A stretch of DNA of 64,000 nt, from contig JAGHSF010000019.1 in the NCBI GenBank assembly GCA_018065985.1, positions 6,328 to 70,327 of the forward strand. The letters are read 5' to 3'. The DNA is from Candidatus Cryptobacteroides choladohippi (GTDB lineage Bacteria; Bacteroidota; Bacteroidia; Bacteroidales; UBA932). Below, piece after piece: positions 9,488-19,298 of this stretch; the stretch's first letter is position 1, and each line of letters begins with the position of its first letter. A program made the translations under genes and the position numbers. The notes below the pieces were generated by a model. That model ran no database searches, had not been told where the DNA came from, and saw only the letters and a program-made list of their open reading frames with translations.

Positions 9488-9522
9488 ATCGGCTGGCCAG
9501 ATCGGTCAGCCGATTTTCTTTT
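9488..9522 (+). terminator. Rho-independent terminator on the plus strand with no upstream plus-strand CDS
   Basis: atcggctggcc-agatc-ggtcagccgat forms an 11-bp stem with one G-U pair, followed by tttcttttacc. The minus-strand reading has no T-run. Confidence 0.65.
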
Positions 9523-9654
9523 ACCACAGTAATCCGAGGACGCTGATGCTGTTCCTTTGCACTCCATCCGCAGCATGCATCAGCAGGACGTACCGAAGGC
9601 GGAAAGTAAAAAGCCAGAGACTGTGCCATGGCAGAATCTCCGACTCTATTGACG

Positions 9655-9698
9655 AAAAAAGGAGGCAAACAGCTCGATATGAAGCCGTCGCCTCCTTT
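9655..9698 (-). terminator. Probable terminator of the rnf / beta-barrel transcription unit
   Basis: The minus strand reads aaaggaggc...gcctccttttttcgtc. This is a 9-bp GC-containing stem with a large loop followed by a T-run, about 20 nt after the stop at 9718. Confidence 0.5.
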
Positions 9699-9717
9699 AT
9701 TGCAAATTCATTCAGAA

Positions 9718-10158
9718 TTAGAATCTGTAGCGGAACGAAAGCGCTGCGCTGCTCCAGTTTGAGTAGCCGACGAAGTTCCACATAGGACGGTAGTCAACAG
9801 AAATGTTGAAAGGAATTCCGCTGAACTGATACTCGATACCTACGTTGCCGCCGATGCCGAGACCGACCTTCTGCTCTGCCTCCTTGAAAGTGTAAGCGCT
9901 GAACTGTGCGCCAGGTCCTACGAAAAAGTTGAAACCATTCTCGATGGGGAAGAGGAAGTCATAGATTCCTGATACAGTGAAACCAGAGTGGTTGCCAAGA
10001 GCCATACCGAGATCGAACTCAGCGAAGTTTGAGCCCAGGCCGTGCTGATAAGAAAGTTCAGCACCATAGGTAAGACGTGCACCGATAGCCCTAGGCTGTG
10101 CAACTGCAACTGAAGCGAAAGCTACGAGAGCTGCTGCGATAGCAATGATCTTTTTCAT
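9718..10158 (-). CDS. Small outer-membrane beta-barrel protein (OmpW/porin-like, about 8 strands)
   Basis: The signal peptide is MKKIIAIAAALVAFASVAVAQ. The sequence alternates hydrophobic residues with Gly/aromatic residues in strand-like stretches. The C-terminus is ALSFRYRF, ending in Phe. Confidence 0.65.
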   Translation of the reverse strand: MKKIIAIAAALVAFASVAVAQPRAIGARLTYGAELSYQHGLGSNFAEFDLGMALGNHSGFTVSGIYDFLFPIENGFNFFVGPGAQFSAYTFKEAEQKVGLGIGGNVGIEYQFSGIPFNISVDYRPMWNFVGYSNWSSAALSFRYRF

Positions 10159-10209
10159 AAAAAAACAAGTTGTTTTAAAGTTTCAATTTGAATTGACTAA
10201 ACAAAAGTA

Positions 10210-10809
10210 CTAAACAATTCCTGAAAAACCAAGGAATGCCATTGCCATGATGCTGACCGTGATGAGCGCGATGGGAAGGCCCTTGAATGCCTTGGGAACG
10301 TCATTCATGGCAAGATGCTCGCGGAGTCCGGCAAAGAGGCACATGGCAAGACCATAGCCCAGAGAGGTGGCAAATGCATATACGGTAGCCTCACCGAGGT
10401 TCATCATATGGGCGGGGCCGCCGAATGCCATCTCCTTTGTAACCACGGTAAGGGCAACGCCGAGCACTGCACAGTTGGTGGTGATCAGAGGAAGGAATAT
10501 GCCGAGAGCCTGATAGAGGCTCGGGCTTATCTTCTTGAGGACGATCTCGACCATCTGCACCAGGGCTGCGATCACGAGGATGAAGCTTATGGTCTGCAGG
10601 AACTCAAGGCCGAAGGGAACGAGAAGGTAATTGTTCAGAAGGTATGTGACTACCGTTGCCAGGGTGATGACGAAGCATACCGCACCTGACATGCCGGTAG
10701 CGGTGCTGAGCTTGTTGGAAACGCCGAGGAACGGACAGATTCCGAGGAACTGGGCAAGCAGGATATTGTTTACGAATATCGCTGAGATTATGATAAGTAT
10801 ATATTCCAT
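10210..10809 (-). CDS. rnfA: Rnf electron-transport complex subunit A
   Basis: NNILLAQFLGICPFLGVS and LPLITTNCAVLG are RnfA/RnfE-family hallmarks. It is the last gene of the rnf cluster. Confidence 0.85.
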   Translation of the reverse strand: MEYILIIISAIFVNNILLAQFLGICPFLGVSNKLSTATGMSGAVCFVITLATVVTYLLNNYLLVPFGLEFLQTISFILVIAALVQMVEIVLKKISPSLYQALGIFLPLITTNCAVLGVALTVVTKEMAFGGPAHMMNLGEATVYAFATSLGYGLAMCLFAGLREHLAMNDVPKAFKGLPIALITVSIMAMAFLGFSGIV

Positions 10810-10815
10810 GACTTC

Positions 10816-11400
10816 CTACTTTTTAGCCAGATACTTGTTGAAAAGAACCATGAGATAGCCCAGGACCATGAAGGCGCCGGGAGCCATCACGAACGCGAGT
10901 ATGCCGTCGCCGGGAATGAACTTCCAGCCAAAGACTGACCCGCTTCCGAGAATTTCCCTGACAATGCCGATGACAGTCAGCGACAGTGTGAATCCGATGC
11001 CGATGCCGATGCCGTCAAGAGCCGAGTCGACCACGGAATTCTTGTTGGCGAAGGCCTCTGCACGGCCGAGTACGATACAGTTCACCACGATGAGAGGGAT
11101 GAACAGGCCGAGGGTCTCATAAACGTCCGGGACAAAAGCCTGCATCATGAGCTGGAGAACAGTCACGAATGTGGCGATGATGACGATATATACCGGAATG
11201 CGCACCTTGTCGGGCACCATGGGTGCCACGAGCGAAACCACGATGTTCGAAAGGATGAGGACGAACATTGTCGCAAGGCCCATTTCAAGACCGTTCATGG
11301 CCGATGTGGTGGTTGCCAGCGTAGGGCACATGCCCAGAACCAGCACGAAAGTAGGGTTGTCCTTGACAATCCCCTTGGTGATAAGACCGAGTTTACTCAT
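10816..11400 (-). CDS. rnfE: Rnf electron-transport complex subunit E
   Basis: NPTFVLVLGMCPTLATT and FIPLIVVNCIVLGRAEAFA are present. It is a paralogue of RnfA. Confidence 0.85.
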   Translation of the reverse strand: MSKLGLITKGIVKDNPTFVLVLGMCPTLATTTSAMNGLEMGLATMFVLILSNIVVSLVAPMVPDKVRIPVYIVIIATFVTVLQLMMQAFVPDVYETLGLFIPLIVVNCIVLGRAEAFANKNSVVDSALDGIGIGIGFTLSLTVIGIVREILGSGSVFGWKFIPGDGILAFVMAPGAFMVLGYLMVLFNKYLAKK

Positions 11401-11968
11401 TGTCCTGTCCTCCTTCTTCGTTTGAACCGGCGATTGCCTTGTATGCCTCGACGGCGTTGGCTATCGCAAGAGTGTATGCACGTGAAGTGATGGTGGATGC
11501 GGTGATTGCGTCAACGTCGCCTCCATCCTTCTTTACCTGAAGTTTTTTTGCTGCGGGATCCCAGCCCCTGAACTGTGCCGAGAAATTCTCGGAAACGCAC
11601 TTTGCGCCGAGTCCGGGAGTCTCCGAATGCGAAAGGACCACCGTGTTGAAAACCTCGGGAGTCTCACCGGCGATACCTACCATAAGGCTGAGAGGACCGC
11701 CGAATCCGTTCACGGTAGAAAGTACGGCGATGCCGCTTTCTGTCTGATAGTAAGGATATTCCACGCCTCCGACGGTAATTGAGGAAAGCTTGGGATTTCC
11801 GTTGAATTCAGGCAGCACCCTTGCAATCGAGGCATTGGTCTTGGCCTGTGAAGCCTCGGCGATGGGAGCCTTGGTGACCGCATAGGTCACTGCAAGGACC
11901 GCCGAGCAGAAAAGGCAGACTGCCGTGAGGCAGAGCACCATGTTTTTGAGTGTAGATTTTGCTGCCAT
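11393..11968 (-). CDS. rnfG: Rnf electron-transport complex subunit G (FMN-binding)
   Basis: An N-terminal anchor is followed by an FMN-attachment region, DAITASTITSRA. The preferred start is MAAKSTLK at 11968, 2 nt after the rnfD stop. The ORF-track start at 12010 overlaps rnfD. Confidence 0.8.
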   Translation of the reverse strand: MAAKSTLKNMVLCLTAVCLFCSAVLAVTYAVTKAPIAEASQAKTNASIARVLPEFNGNPKLSSITVGGVEYPYYQTESGIAVLSTVNGFGGPLSLMVGIAGETPEVFNTVVLSHSETPGLGAKCVSENFSAQFRGWDPAAKKLQVKKDGGDVDAITASTITSRAYTLAIANAVEAYKAIAGSNEEGGQDNE

Positions 11969-11970
11969 GA

Positions 11971-12939
11971 CTAAGCCCTCCCGTAACCGTATTTGCGCTG
12001 GTGGAACCACTTGTTGAGAAGAGGCACGCAGCAGTTCATGATAAGGATAGCGAAGCTCATTCCCTCAGGATAAGAGCCGAAGTAGCGGATCATCATGACG
12101 ATGAAACCTATGCCCACACCATAGATGATGCCACCAACGGTGGACATCGGAGAGGTGACATAGTCGGTAGCCATGAAGCAGGCGCCGAGGATGAGACCGC
12201 CGGTGAGCAGATTGAAGGCTGCATCGGTATAGACCTCAGGCGAGCAGAGGTTGAAGATTGTGGCGACAATGGCCACGGTGGCAAATATGCTGAGTGTGAT
12301 CCAGGGCTTTATCACCTTGCGGATGAGCAGATAAACCCAGCCGGCAAGGAGCGCAAGCGCCGAAATCTCTCCGGCAGAACCGCCTATGTTCAGGAAGAGT
12401 GTCTTCAGGTAGTCTACGTTGGCAACGGCTGCGATGCCGCCCTCGCTGAATATGCCAAGAAGAGTCGAACCCGACACGGCGTCAACGTTCTGGATGAATC
12501 CCTGGGGAACGGTCCAGTCAGTCATCTGTGCGGGAAATGATATGAGGAGGAACACTCGGCCTACGATGGCAGGGTTGAACACGTTCTGTCCGAGGCCGCC
12601 GAAAGACATCTTGGCAACACCGATTGCAACCAGAGCGCCTATGACGACGATCCACCATGAGATTGTGCTGGGCAGGTTCATCGCAAGCAGAAGGCCGGTG
12701 ACCACCGCTGCAGAGAGGCAGTGAGGACCGTCCATCTTCATGAGGAACTTGGAAATGGCCCATTCGATGAGAACGCAGGACACCACGCTCACTCCGAGTA
12801 TGAGAAGTTCTGACCATCCGTAAAAGAGGATGGACACTGCTATCGCAGGGATCAGCGCGATACACACGTCAAGCATGAGCTTGGATGTGGACACATTCGC
12901 GTGGATGTGCGGGTTGGGAGATACCAGATATTTTTCCAT
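11971..12939 (-). CDS. rnfD: Rnf electron-transport complex subunit D
   Basis: This is a polytopic protein of the NqrB/RnfD type. It carries the FMN-binding-type motif GGLILGACFMATDYVTSP. Confidence 0.85.
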   Translation of the reverse strand: MEKYLVSPNPHIHANVSTSKLMLDVCIALIPAIAVSILFYGWSELLILGVSVVSCVLIEWAISKFLMKMDGPHCLSAAVVTGLLLAMNLPSTISWWIVVIGALVAIGVAKMSFGGLGQNVFNPAIVGRVFLLISFPAQMTDWTVPQGFIQNVDAVSGSTLLGIFSEGGIAAVANVDYLKTLFLNIGGSAGEISALALLAGWVYLLIRKVIKPWITLSIFATVAIVATIFNLCSPEVYTDAAFNLLTGGLILGACFMATDYVTSPMSTVGGIIYGVGIGFIVMMIRYFGSYPEGMSFAILIMNCCVPLLNKWFHQRKYGYGRA

Positions 12940-12945
12940 ATTCGT

Positions 12946-14325
12946 TTACTTTTTAGCTTCTGCCGCAGCCTTTGCCGCAGCGGCACGTGCCTTTATTGCA
13001 CCGAGTGCCATGCCTTTGGCCTGGCGTATACGGTCGAGAAGGGGAATGTATGCGGGGCAGCTGTACAGACAGCATCCGCACTCGATACAGTCCTGAGCCG
13101 CGTTCTTCTCAAGAGCTTCGACATCTCCGGCCTTGTAAAGGCGCTGAAGCAGGAAAGGCTCGAGACCCATGGGGCAGGCATCGACGCATCTGCCGCAGCG
13201 GATGCAGTTGCCCTCGGAGTGGCGCCTGGTTGCAGCTTCACTGAGGAAAAGCACTGAAGATGAACCCTTTACGGTAGCAGCATCGAGATTTGCGATGGCA
13301 CGGCCCATCATGGGACCGCCACTGACCATCTTTGCGGCCTGCTCCGGAATTCCACCCGCATATTCCACTATGTAGCTCAAGGGCATGCCTATGCGGAACA
13401 GGTAGTTGTGCTGACGGTTGTCAGGCAGGCAGTCACCGGTGATCGTGAGGGTGTTGGTGATGAGAGGCCTGTTCTTCTGAACTGCCTCGTACACTGCGAG
13501 AGCGGTTGCAACGTTCTGAACCACTGCACCCACGCTGATGGGCAGGGCTCCGGACTTCACCTGGCGCTTCATCACAGCATCGATGAGCTGCTTCTCACCG
13601 CCCTGGGGATAACGCTTCTTGAGAACCTGCACCATCATGTTCCCATATCCGAGTTCGGCCACAGCCTTGCTCATTGCCTCGATGGCTTCGGGTTTGTTCT
13701 CCTCTATGCCTATGACACACCTGCAGCCGCCGAGAACCTTCTGCATGATGGCAGCGCCGACGACTATCTCCTTCGTGCGCTCAAGCATGATGCGGTAGTC
13801 GCTGGTGAGGTAGGGCTCGCACTCTGCGCCGTTCAGGATCAGGCACTCTGCAACGCTGCCCGGTGCGGGATTCAGCTTGACATGAGTGGGGAACGTGGCA
13901 CCGCCGAGACCTACGACTCCGCAAGCCTTGACCTTGTCAAGAATCGAGTTCCTGTCTTCAGGGATAGTGGTGACAAGGGTGTCTGAGAGGTCAATTCCGT
14001 CAGCCCATACCTCCTCTTCGCTGAGGGCAATCTCCACATGCATCACATTGTTGCCTGCAATGTCCTTGCGGGGGGCGATGGACTTGACCGTGCCTGTTGC
14101 GGGAGAATGGACGAAAGCGGAGATGAATCCGCCCGGCTCCGCGATGACCTGGCCTGTCTTGACAAAGTCCCCTACTGCCACAATGGGCTTTGCGGGAGCG
14201 CCAAGGTGCTGGGCCATGGACACATACATGGTCTTGGGGAGAGGAAGGACCTCTATCGCGCACTCGCGGGCGCGCTTGTTGTCATTGGGGTGAACACCAC
14301 CAATGCTGAATGTCAGCTTATTCAT
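12946..14325 (-). CDS. rnfC: Rnf electron-transport complex subunit C
   Basis: The nucleotide-binding region reads GVVGLGGATFPTHVKL. Two ferredoxin motifs are present, CIRCGRCVDACP and CIECGCCLYSCP. Confidence 0.85.
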   Translation of the reverse strand: MNKLTFSIGGVHPNDNKRARECAIEVLPLPKTMYVSMAQHLGAPAKPIVAVGDFVKTGQVIAEPGGFISAFVHSPATGTVKSIAPRKDIAGNNVMHVEIALSEEEVWADGIDLSDTLVTTIPEDRNSILDKVKACGVVGLGGATFPTHVKLNPAPGSVAECLILNGAECEPYLTSDYRIMLERTKEIVVGAAIMQKVLGGCRCVIGIEENKPEAIEAMSKAVAELGYGNMMVQVLKKRYPQGGEKQLIDAVMKRQVKSGALPISVGAVVQNVATALAVYEAVQKNRPLITNTLTITGDCLPDNRQHNYLFRIGMPLSYIVEYAGGIPEQAAKMVSGGPMMGRAIANLDAATVKGSSSVLFLSEAATRRHSEGNCIRCGRCVDACPMGLEPFLLQRLYKAGDVEALEKNAAQDCIECGCCLYSCPAYIPLLDRIRQAKGMALGAIKARAAAAKAAAEAKK

Positions 14326-15214
14326 TTGCAGCCTCCTTCTTTACGGGTTCAACGCTCTGTGCCGCGGGTTTCGGCTCGATCTTCTTAGGCTCGAAGTTCA
14401 CTGCGTGTATTGCGCCTGTGGGGCACTCGAAGACGCACTGTCCGCAAGCCTTGCACTTTGCATGGTCGATGTAGCACAGGTTGTCCTGGATGGTGATGGC
14501 GTCGAATTTGCAGACCTTTGCACACTTTCCACAGCCTATGCAGGCAGCGGAACATGCCTTGCGTGCAACTCCGCCCTTGTCCTTGTTCACGCATGAAACA
14601 TATACCCTGCGGGTGTTGCGTGGAGTGGTTCCGGCATTGCGGATCTCGATCACATGCTTGGGACATGCCTTGGCACATGCGCCGCATGCGGTGCACTTGG
14701 TCTCGTCGACCTCGGGAAGGCCGGTCTCGGGATTCATGCTGAGGGCACCGAACTGGCAGGCGTTCACGCAGTCGCCGCAGCCGAGGCAGCCATAAGGGCA
14801 GCCTGTATCTCCGCTGTAGAGGGCAGCCTTCACACGGCAGGACCTGTCGCCGTCATAAGCGTTGACCGTGGGACGGTTGGCACAACTTCCGTTGCAACGC
14901 ACGACAGCCACCATCGGAGCCTTCTCGGAAATCTGATAACCGAGAATGTCGGCCACTTTCTTCATCACCTCATTGCCTCCGACAGGGCAGTAATTGTTGT
15001 CGAGATTGGGAGCGTGCACTGCAGCATCGGCGAAGGCACGGCAGCCTGCGAATCCGCAGCCGCCGCAGTTTGCGCCGGGCATCACCTTCTCAACCTCGTC
15101 GATTCTCGGGTCCTCCTCGACCTTGAACTTCTTCGCAACCCAGAAGAGGATAAGCGAAAGCAGCAGACCAAGGACTGTGAGAATCACGATAGTCCAGATG
15201 ATTGTACTTGTCAT
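14318..15214 (-). CDS. rnfB: Rnf electron-transport complex subunit B (polyferredoxin)
   Basis: An N-terminal transmembrane helix is followed by CGGCGFAGC and several CxxCxxCxxxCP motifs (CTACGACAKACP, CIGCGKCAKVC, CKACGQCVFECP). Confidence 0.85.
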   Translation of the reverse strand: MTSTIIWTIVILTVLGLLLSLILFWVAKKFKVEEDPRIDEVEKVMPGANCGGCGFAGCRAFADAAVHAPNLDNNYCPVGGNEVMKKVADILGYQISEKAPMVAVVRCNGSCANRPTVNAYDGDRSCRVKAALYSGDTGCPYGCLGCGDCVNACQFGALSMNPETGLPEVDETKCTACGACAKACPKHVIEIRNAGTTPRNTRRVYVSCVNKDKGGVARKACSAACIGCGKCAKVCKFDAITIQDNLCYIDHAKCKACGQCVFECPTGAIHAVNFEPKKIEPKPAAQSVEPVKKEAANE

Positions 15215-15627
15215 TATTGTTTGATGTTAAATATATACTCGTTCTTGAGACGCTTTCCGAACAGTCTGATGAACAGATAGTAGACTGCGACGGCGCCTAA
15301 TGCCCACAGACCTGACGCAAGTTCGCCGACTCCGCATCCCGAAAGGATGAGGAGCACGGCAATGAGCAGTGCCAGGGGAATCATATAGGCAATCCACACG
15401 GCCTTGTGGCCCATGCTTGCCTTCAGTGTGACAGTGACTTCGTCTCCGACCTGATAGTTGTCCCATCCGCGGGTGGGAACCTGGATGGCCTTTGTCTTGG
15501 ACTCTCCAAGGGAACACAGGCCCTTGGCATGACAGGAACTGCAGGCCGACTCGGAAACAATCTCCACCGTGGTGAAATCGGGGGTTATCTCCACGATCCT
15601 GCCTGCATGAAATATTTCTTCTGCCAT
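15214..15627 (-). CDS. RseC/MucC-family (SoxR-reducing system) small membrane protein preceding rnf
   Basis: The N-terminal CSSCHAKGLC motif is followed by two transmembrane helices. It overlaps rnfB by 1 nt. This position ahead of rnf is common. Confidence 0.7.
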   Translation of the reverse strand: MAEEIFHAGRIVEITPDFTTVEIVSESACSSCHAKGLCSLGESKTKAIQVPTRGWDNYQVGDEVTVTLKASMGHKAVWIAYMIPLALLIAVLLILSGCGVGELASGLWALGAVAVYYLFIRLFGKRLKNEYIFNIKQ

Positions 15628-15633
15628 AATCCG

Positions 15634-17148
15634 TTAGAAATCTGCAGGTGTGGGGAATCCGCCGTATGCACCGGCGTCATAGCCACCATCGAAGGGAGCA
15701 TTGTTCATTGCCGACTCGACGGGACGGGCAGCCTGTACGTCAAGCGCGTCATCGATCTCCATGAAGCGTATCTGTTCGCTCTTGAATACCATGTCGATGT
15801 CCTTGGTTTCACCGTTACGGTGCTTGGCTATGATGATCTGAGTCTTCTCACGGTCTTCGGGATTCTCCGAAAGGCCCACGAAGTCGGGACGGTGGATGAA
15901 CAGAACCATATCGGCATCCTGCTCGATTGAACCTGACTCACGAAGGTCGCTGAGCACAGGCTTTCCACCGCCGCCCTGCCTCTGCACGGCCTGACGGGAA
16001 AGCTGCGACAGTGCGATGATAGGCACGTTCAGTTCCTTTGCGGTAGCCTTGAGGGTACGGGAGATCGCGGCGACTTCCTGCTCGCGCATGCCTCTGAGTT
16101 CCACGGGGCCCTGCATGAGCTGAAGGTAGTCCACGACTATGAGGCGGACGCCCTTGTTCTTGACAAGGTTCTTGGCCTTGGTACGGAATTCCATCAGCTG
16201 GATGCCTGGGGTGTCATCAATGTAGAGAGGGGCATTTGCCAGAGCCTTGAGCTTGTATTCCAGCTGCTCCCACTCGTACGGTTCAAGCTTGCGTCCGCCC
16301 TTGATCTTGTCGGCGCTGAGGCCTGACTCGCTGGTCATCAGACGCTTGGCAAGCTGGATGGATGACATTTCAAGGGAGAAGAAGGCAACCGGCATATGGT
16401 GGTCAACGGCGGCGTTGCGGACAAGGTTGAGCGAAAACGCTGTCTTTCCGACTGACGGACGCGCGGCCAGGATGATGAGGTCGGACTTCTGCCATCCCTG
16501 GGTGATGATGTCTATGCTCTTGAAACCGGAGGGCACACCGTTGAGACCTGTCGTCTTCTGAGCATCCTCGATGTCCGCCATGGCCTCGTTGATGATGGAG
16601 CCGATGTCCTGGACATCCTTGCGCAGATTGGACTGCACTGCGTCATAGATTCTGGACTGGGCCTTGTCTATGAGTTCGTCCACCTTGATGGACTCGTCAT
16701 AGGAGTCCTTCAGAACATCGTATGAGGCCTTTATCAGGTTACGCTGTATGGTCTTCTGTTTCAGGATCTTGACGTAGTACTCGATATGTGCGGCGGAACC
16801 CACCTTTTCAGAGAGGTTTGCCAGCACGACCGGACCTCCGACAGTCTCGAGGTCCCCCTTTTCCTTGAGCTTGGCGCTCACGGTGATGATGTCCACTGAA
16901 GTGTGGTCCACCACCAGCGAGGACATTGCCGAGAAGATCAGACGATGCCTGGGGTCGTAGAAGCAGTCGGCTGTGAGTTCCTCCATGGCCTGGTCCACAC
17001 AGGACGGTTCAAGGAGCATTGCACCAAGGACCGCCTCCTCGACATCAATGGCCTGAGGCGGCTTGTTACCGATCTCCAGGCCTATGTTCTCGAGGTCCGC
17101 TTCCTTGTCTTTGCGGCGCTGTGACCGCTGCTTCTGCTGTTCGGGCAT
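15634..17148 (-). CDS. dnaB: Replicative DNA helicase DnaB
   Basis: The N-terminus contains PPQAIDVEEAVLGAMLLEP. Walker A is ARPSVGKTAFSLN, Walker B is VVDYLQLM, and the SQLSR and RESGSIEQDADMV motifs are present. Confidence 0.92.
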   Translation of the reverse strand: MPEQQKQRSQRRKDKEADLENIGLEIGNKPPQAIDVEEAVLGAMLLEPSCVDQAMEELTADCFYDPRHRLIFSAMSSLVVDHTSVDIITVSAKLKEKGDLETVGGPVVLANLSEKVGSAAHIEYYVKILKQKTIQRNLIKASYDVLKDSYDESIKVDELIDKAQSRIYDAVQSNLRKDVQDIGSIINEAMADIEDAQKTTGLNGVPSGFKSIDIITQGWQKSDLIILAARPSVGKTAFSLNLVRNAAVDHHMPVAFFSLEMSSIQLAKRLMTSESGLSADKIKGGRKLEPYEWEQLEYKLKALANAPLYIDDTPGIQLMEFRTKAKNLVKNKGVRLIVVDYLQLMQGPVELRGMREQEVAAISRTLKATAKELNVPIIALSQLSRQAVQRQGGGGKPVLSDLRESGSIEQDADMVLFIHRPDFVGLSENPEDREKTQIIIAKHRNGETKDIDMVFKSEQIRFMEIDDALDVQAARPVESAMNNAPFDGGYDAGAYGGFPTPADF

Positions 17149-17150
17149 GA

Positions 17151-17969
17151 TTATTCGGCGGATGTTTCAGATGCTACGATGATACGGCCGCAATGCTCGC
17201 AGATCACAAGCTTCTTGCCTGACTGGATGTCAAGGATGCGCTGGGGTGTGATGGTGCTGAAGCAGCCTCCGCATGAATCGCCGTTGAATACGGGAACGAC
17301 TGCGAGATGGTTGTGGACACTGGCGCGGATGCGGTTGTATGCGCTCATTGTACGCTCGTCGATCTTTGCTGCACAGGCATCCCTGCGAGCCTGAAGGGTT
17401 GCCTCCTCCTTGGCTGTGGATTCCACGATATTTGCAAGTTCCTCGTTCTTTGCCTCGAGGTCCTGCTCGCGGATTGCGAGATGCTCGCTGATGATCTCGG
17501 CGTCATTCTTGCACTCTTCGATGCGCTCGCGTGACTCGCGGATCTTCTTCTCGGCGATGGCACGCTCAAGGTTCAGGTTCTCGAGTTCCTTGTTGATGGA
17601 ATCATACTCGCGGCTGTTGCTGATATTCTCGAGCTGCTTCTGATATTTGTCGATGTCGGCGTCACGGTCAACGATATCCTGCTTTGCGTCCTCGATGGAA
17701 GCGTTGAATGATGCGATGACCTCGCCTACGCGCTCGATCTTGCCCTTGAGAGTAGCAACCTCCGCCTGAAGTGCCTCGACCTCAGAGGGAAGTTCGCCGC
17801 GGAGCTGCACGAGCTTGTCCAATTCATTGTCTGCCTGCTGGAGTTCATAGAGAACCTTGAGCTTTTCCTCTACGCTCTGCTCGGTCTCTGCGAATGATTT
17901 CTGAAGGGACACGAATGTCTCCCTTTCGTCAATGGGTGTCTGAACTTTTTTTGTCTTAGCGGTTGCCAT
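17151..17969 (-). CDS. Coiled-coil protein with C-terminal C4 zinc ribbon (DUF164/COG1579-like)
   Basis: A long heptad-rich region is followed by CGGCFSTI ... CEHCGRIIV. Confidence 0.7.
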   Translation of the reverse strand: MATAKTKKVQTPIDERETFVSLQKSFAETEQSVEEKLKVLYELQQADNELDKLVQLRGELPSEVEALQAEVATLKGKIERVGEVIASFNASIEDAKQDIVDRDADIDKYQKQLENISNSREYDSINKELENLNLERAIAEKKIRESRERIEECKNDAEIISEHLAIREQDLEAKNEELANIVESTAKEEATLQARRDACAAKIDERTMSAYNRIRASVHNHLAVVPVFNGDSCGGCFSTITPQRILDIQSGKKLVICEHCGRIIVASETSAE

Positions 17970-18025
17970 ATCTATAGTATTTGTTTTCGTTTAATAATAA
18001 GCTTACAAAGTTAGGAAAATTTCTT

Positions 18026-18343
18026 CTAAAGAGACTTCTTTATTTCCACAAGTTGAGCACGAATTTCCTTCAGCGAATCAAGGGCCTTCACATTGTGCTG
18101 CACCTTGCTCCTGTTTGCACCCAGCACACCGGCAGCTCCTTCCAGGGTCATGCCCTTGTCCTTCACCAGAAGATGGATCTGCTTCAGGGTCTCGATGTCG
18201 GCTGCGGAATACAGCCTGTTACCCTTTGCGTTGCGTCGGGGCTTGATGTAGGATTCGAAAGAATTAGACCAGAACCTTACCAGGGAGACGCTCTCCCCTA
18301 TTATCCCGGCCGCTTCACTGATTGAATAGAATAGTTTTTCCAT
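18026..18343 (-). CDS. MerR-family helix-turn-helix transcriptional regulator
   Basis: YSISEAAGIIGESVSLVRFWSNSF ... RRNAKGNRLYSAADIETLKQIHLL is a typical MerR N-terminal HTH. Confidence 0.75.
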   Translation of the reverse strand: MEKLFYSISEAAGIIGESVSLVRFWSNSFESYIKPRRNAKGNRLYSAADIETLKQIHLLVKDKGMTLEGAAGVLGANRSKVQHNVKALDSLKEIRAQLVEIKKSL

Positions 18344-18350
18344 ATTTTGG

Positions 18351-19298
18351 TTAATCCATTGATTGCAAAGTATTTACCGACATATACAGATAGTTCGCGT
18401 AATCCAGCGGCTCCACCGTCGAGAAGAAGTAGTGCACAGGATCCACAGCAAGGCTGTCCTTGTGCACCTCGTAATGCAGATGAGGGGCGAATGCCTTTCC
18501 CGTCATTCCCACGGTACCTATCTTCTGCCCGCGCTTCACCCTCTGCCCGCGCGACACGTTCACATTGTCAAGATGCGCATACACGGTGGAATAGCCTCCG
18601 TCATGCCTTATGACCACGGTGTTGCCGCCCGTCTTCGACCGTCCGGTGCCTTCCGCCACAACGCCGGCGGCAGTGGCATACACGTCCGCACCTCTGTTGG
18701 CCACCAGGTCGATGCCGTCATGCTGGACAAAGACCTTCAGGAAAGGATTCATCTTGCTGCCGCAGGACGCGCCCACCTGAGGATAGCTCAGGTCCTTGAC
18801 AGGCATGCTCATGGGAGGCATGACAAAGGACGAGTCGGCGATGGCACGGATAATCTTCTCGAAGGCGGCGTCCACCTCTGACACACGGGACACGAGAGCG
18901 TCGGACTTGTCCCTGGTGTAGCTCACGAGCTTGCTGTCGGGAATGGTGTCCGATGCGAACAGGAAATCCAGGCTCGACATGGGATCGACCGACGGTGCCT
19001 GCGCATGGAACATCCTGTCATATATCCTGTCGTCCTTGTCCGTGAGCACGTCTATGGCGTCGGAGAGCAGCTGCTCGCGAGGCTCCAGTTCCGGAAGGAG
19101 TTTCTCGTACACCTTGTTCTCACGATGAAGCCTGCGTTCGACATCAGTGCTGAACACAAAGGCGAAGATGGCATATGCAAATGCCGTAAGCGCCACGGTC
19201 CCGATGAAATACAGGACAATGCCGCGAACGAGATGCCACACGGTGTGCGTAGCCTCCCCCACTGCATGCGTAAACTGGTCAAGTTCCCTTTTCTTCAT
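18351..19298 (-). CDS. M23-family metallopeptidase (membrane-anchored)
   Basis: An N-terminal transmembrane segment is followed by HDGIDL ... HDGGYSTVYAHL ... GMTGKAFAPHLHYEVH. Confidence 0.85.
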   Translation of the reverse strand: MKKRELDQFTHAVGEATHTVWHLVRGIVLYFIGTVALTAFAYAIFAFVFSTDVERRLHRENKVYEKLLPELEPREQLLSDAIDVLTDKDDRIYDRMFHAQAPSVDPMSSLDFLFASDTIPDSKLVSYTRDKSDALVSRVSEVDAAFEKIIRAIADSSFVMPPMSMPVKDLSYPQVGASCGSKMNPFLKVFVQHDGIDLVANRGADVYATAAGVVAEGTGRSKTGGNTVVIRHDGGYSTVYAHLDNVNVSRGQRVKRGQKIGTVGMTGKAFAPHLHYEVHKDSLAVDPVHYFFSTVEPLDYANYLYMSVNTLQSMD

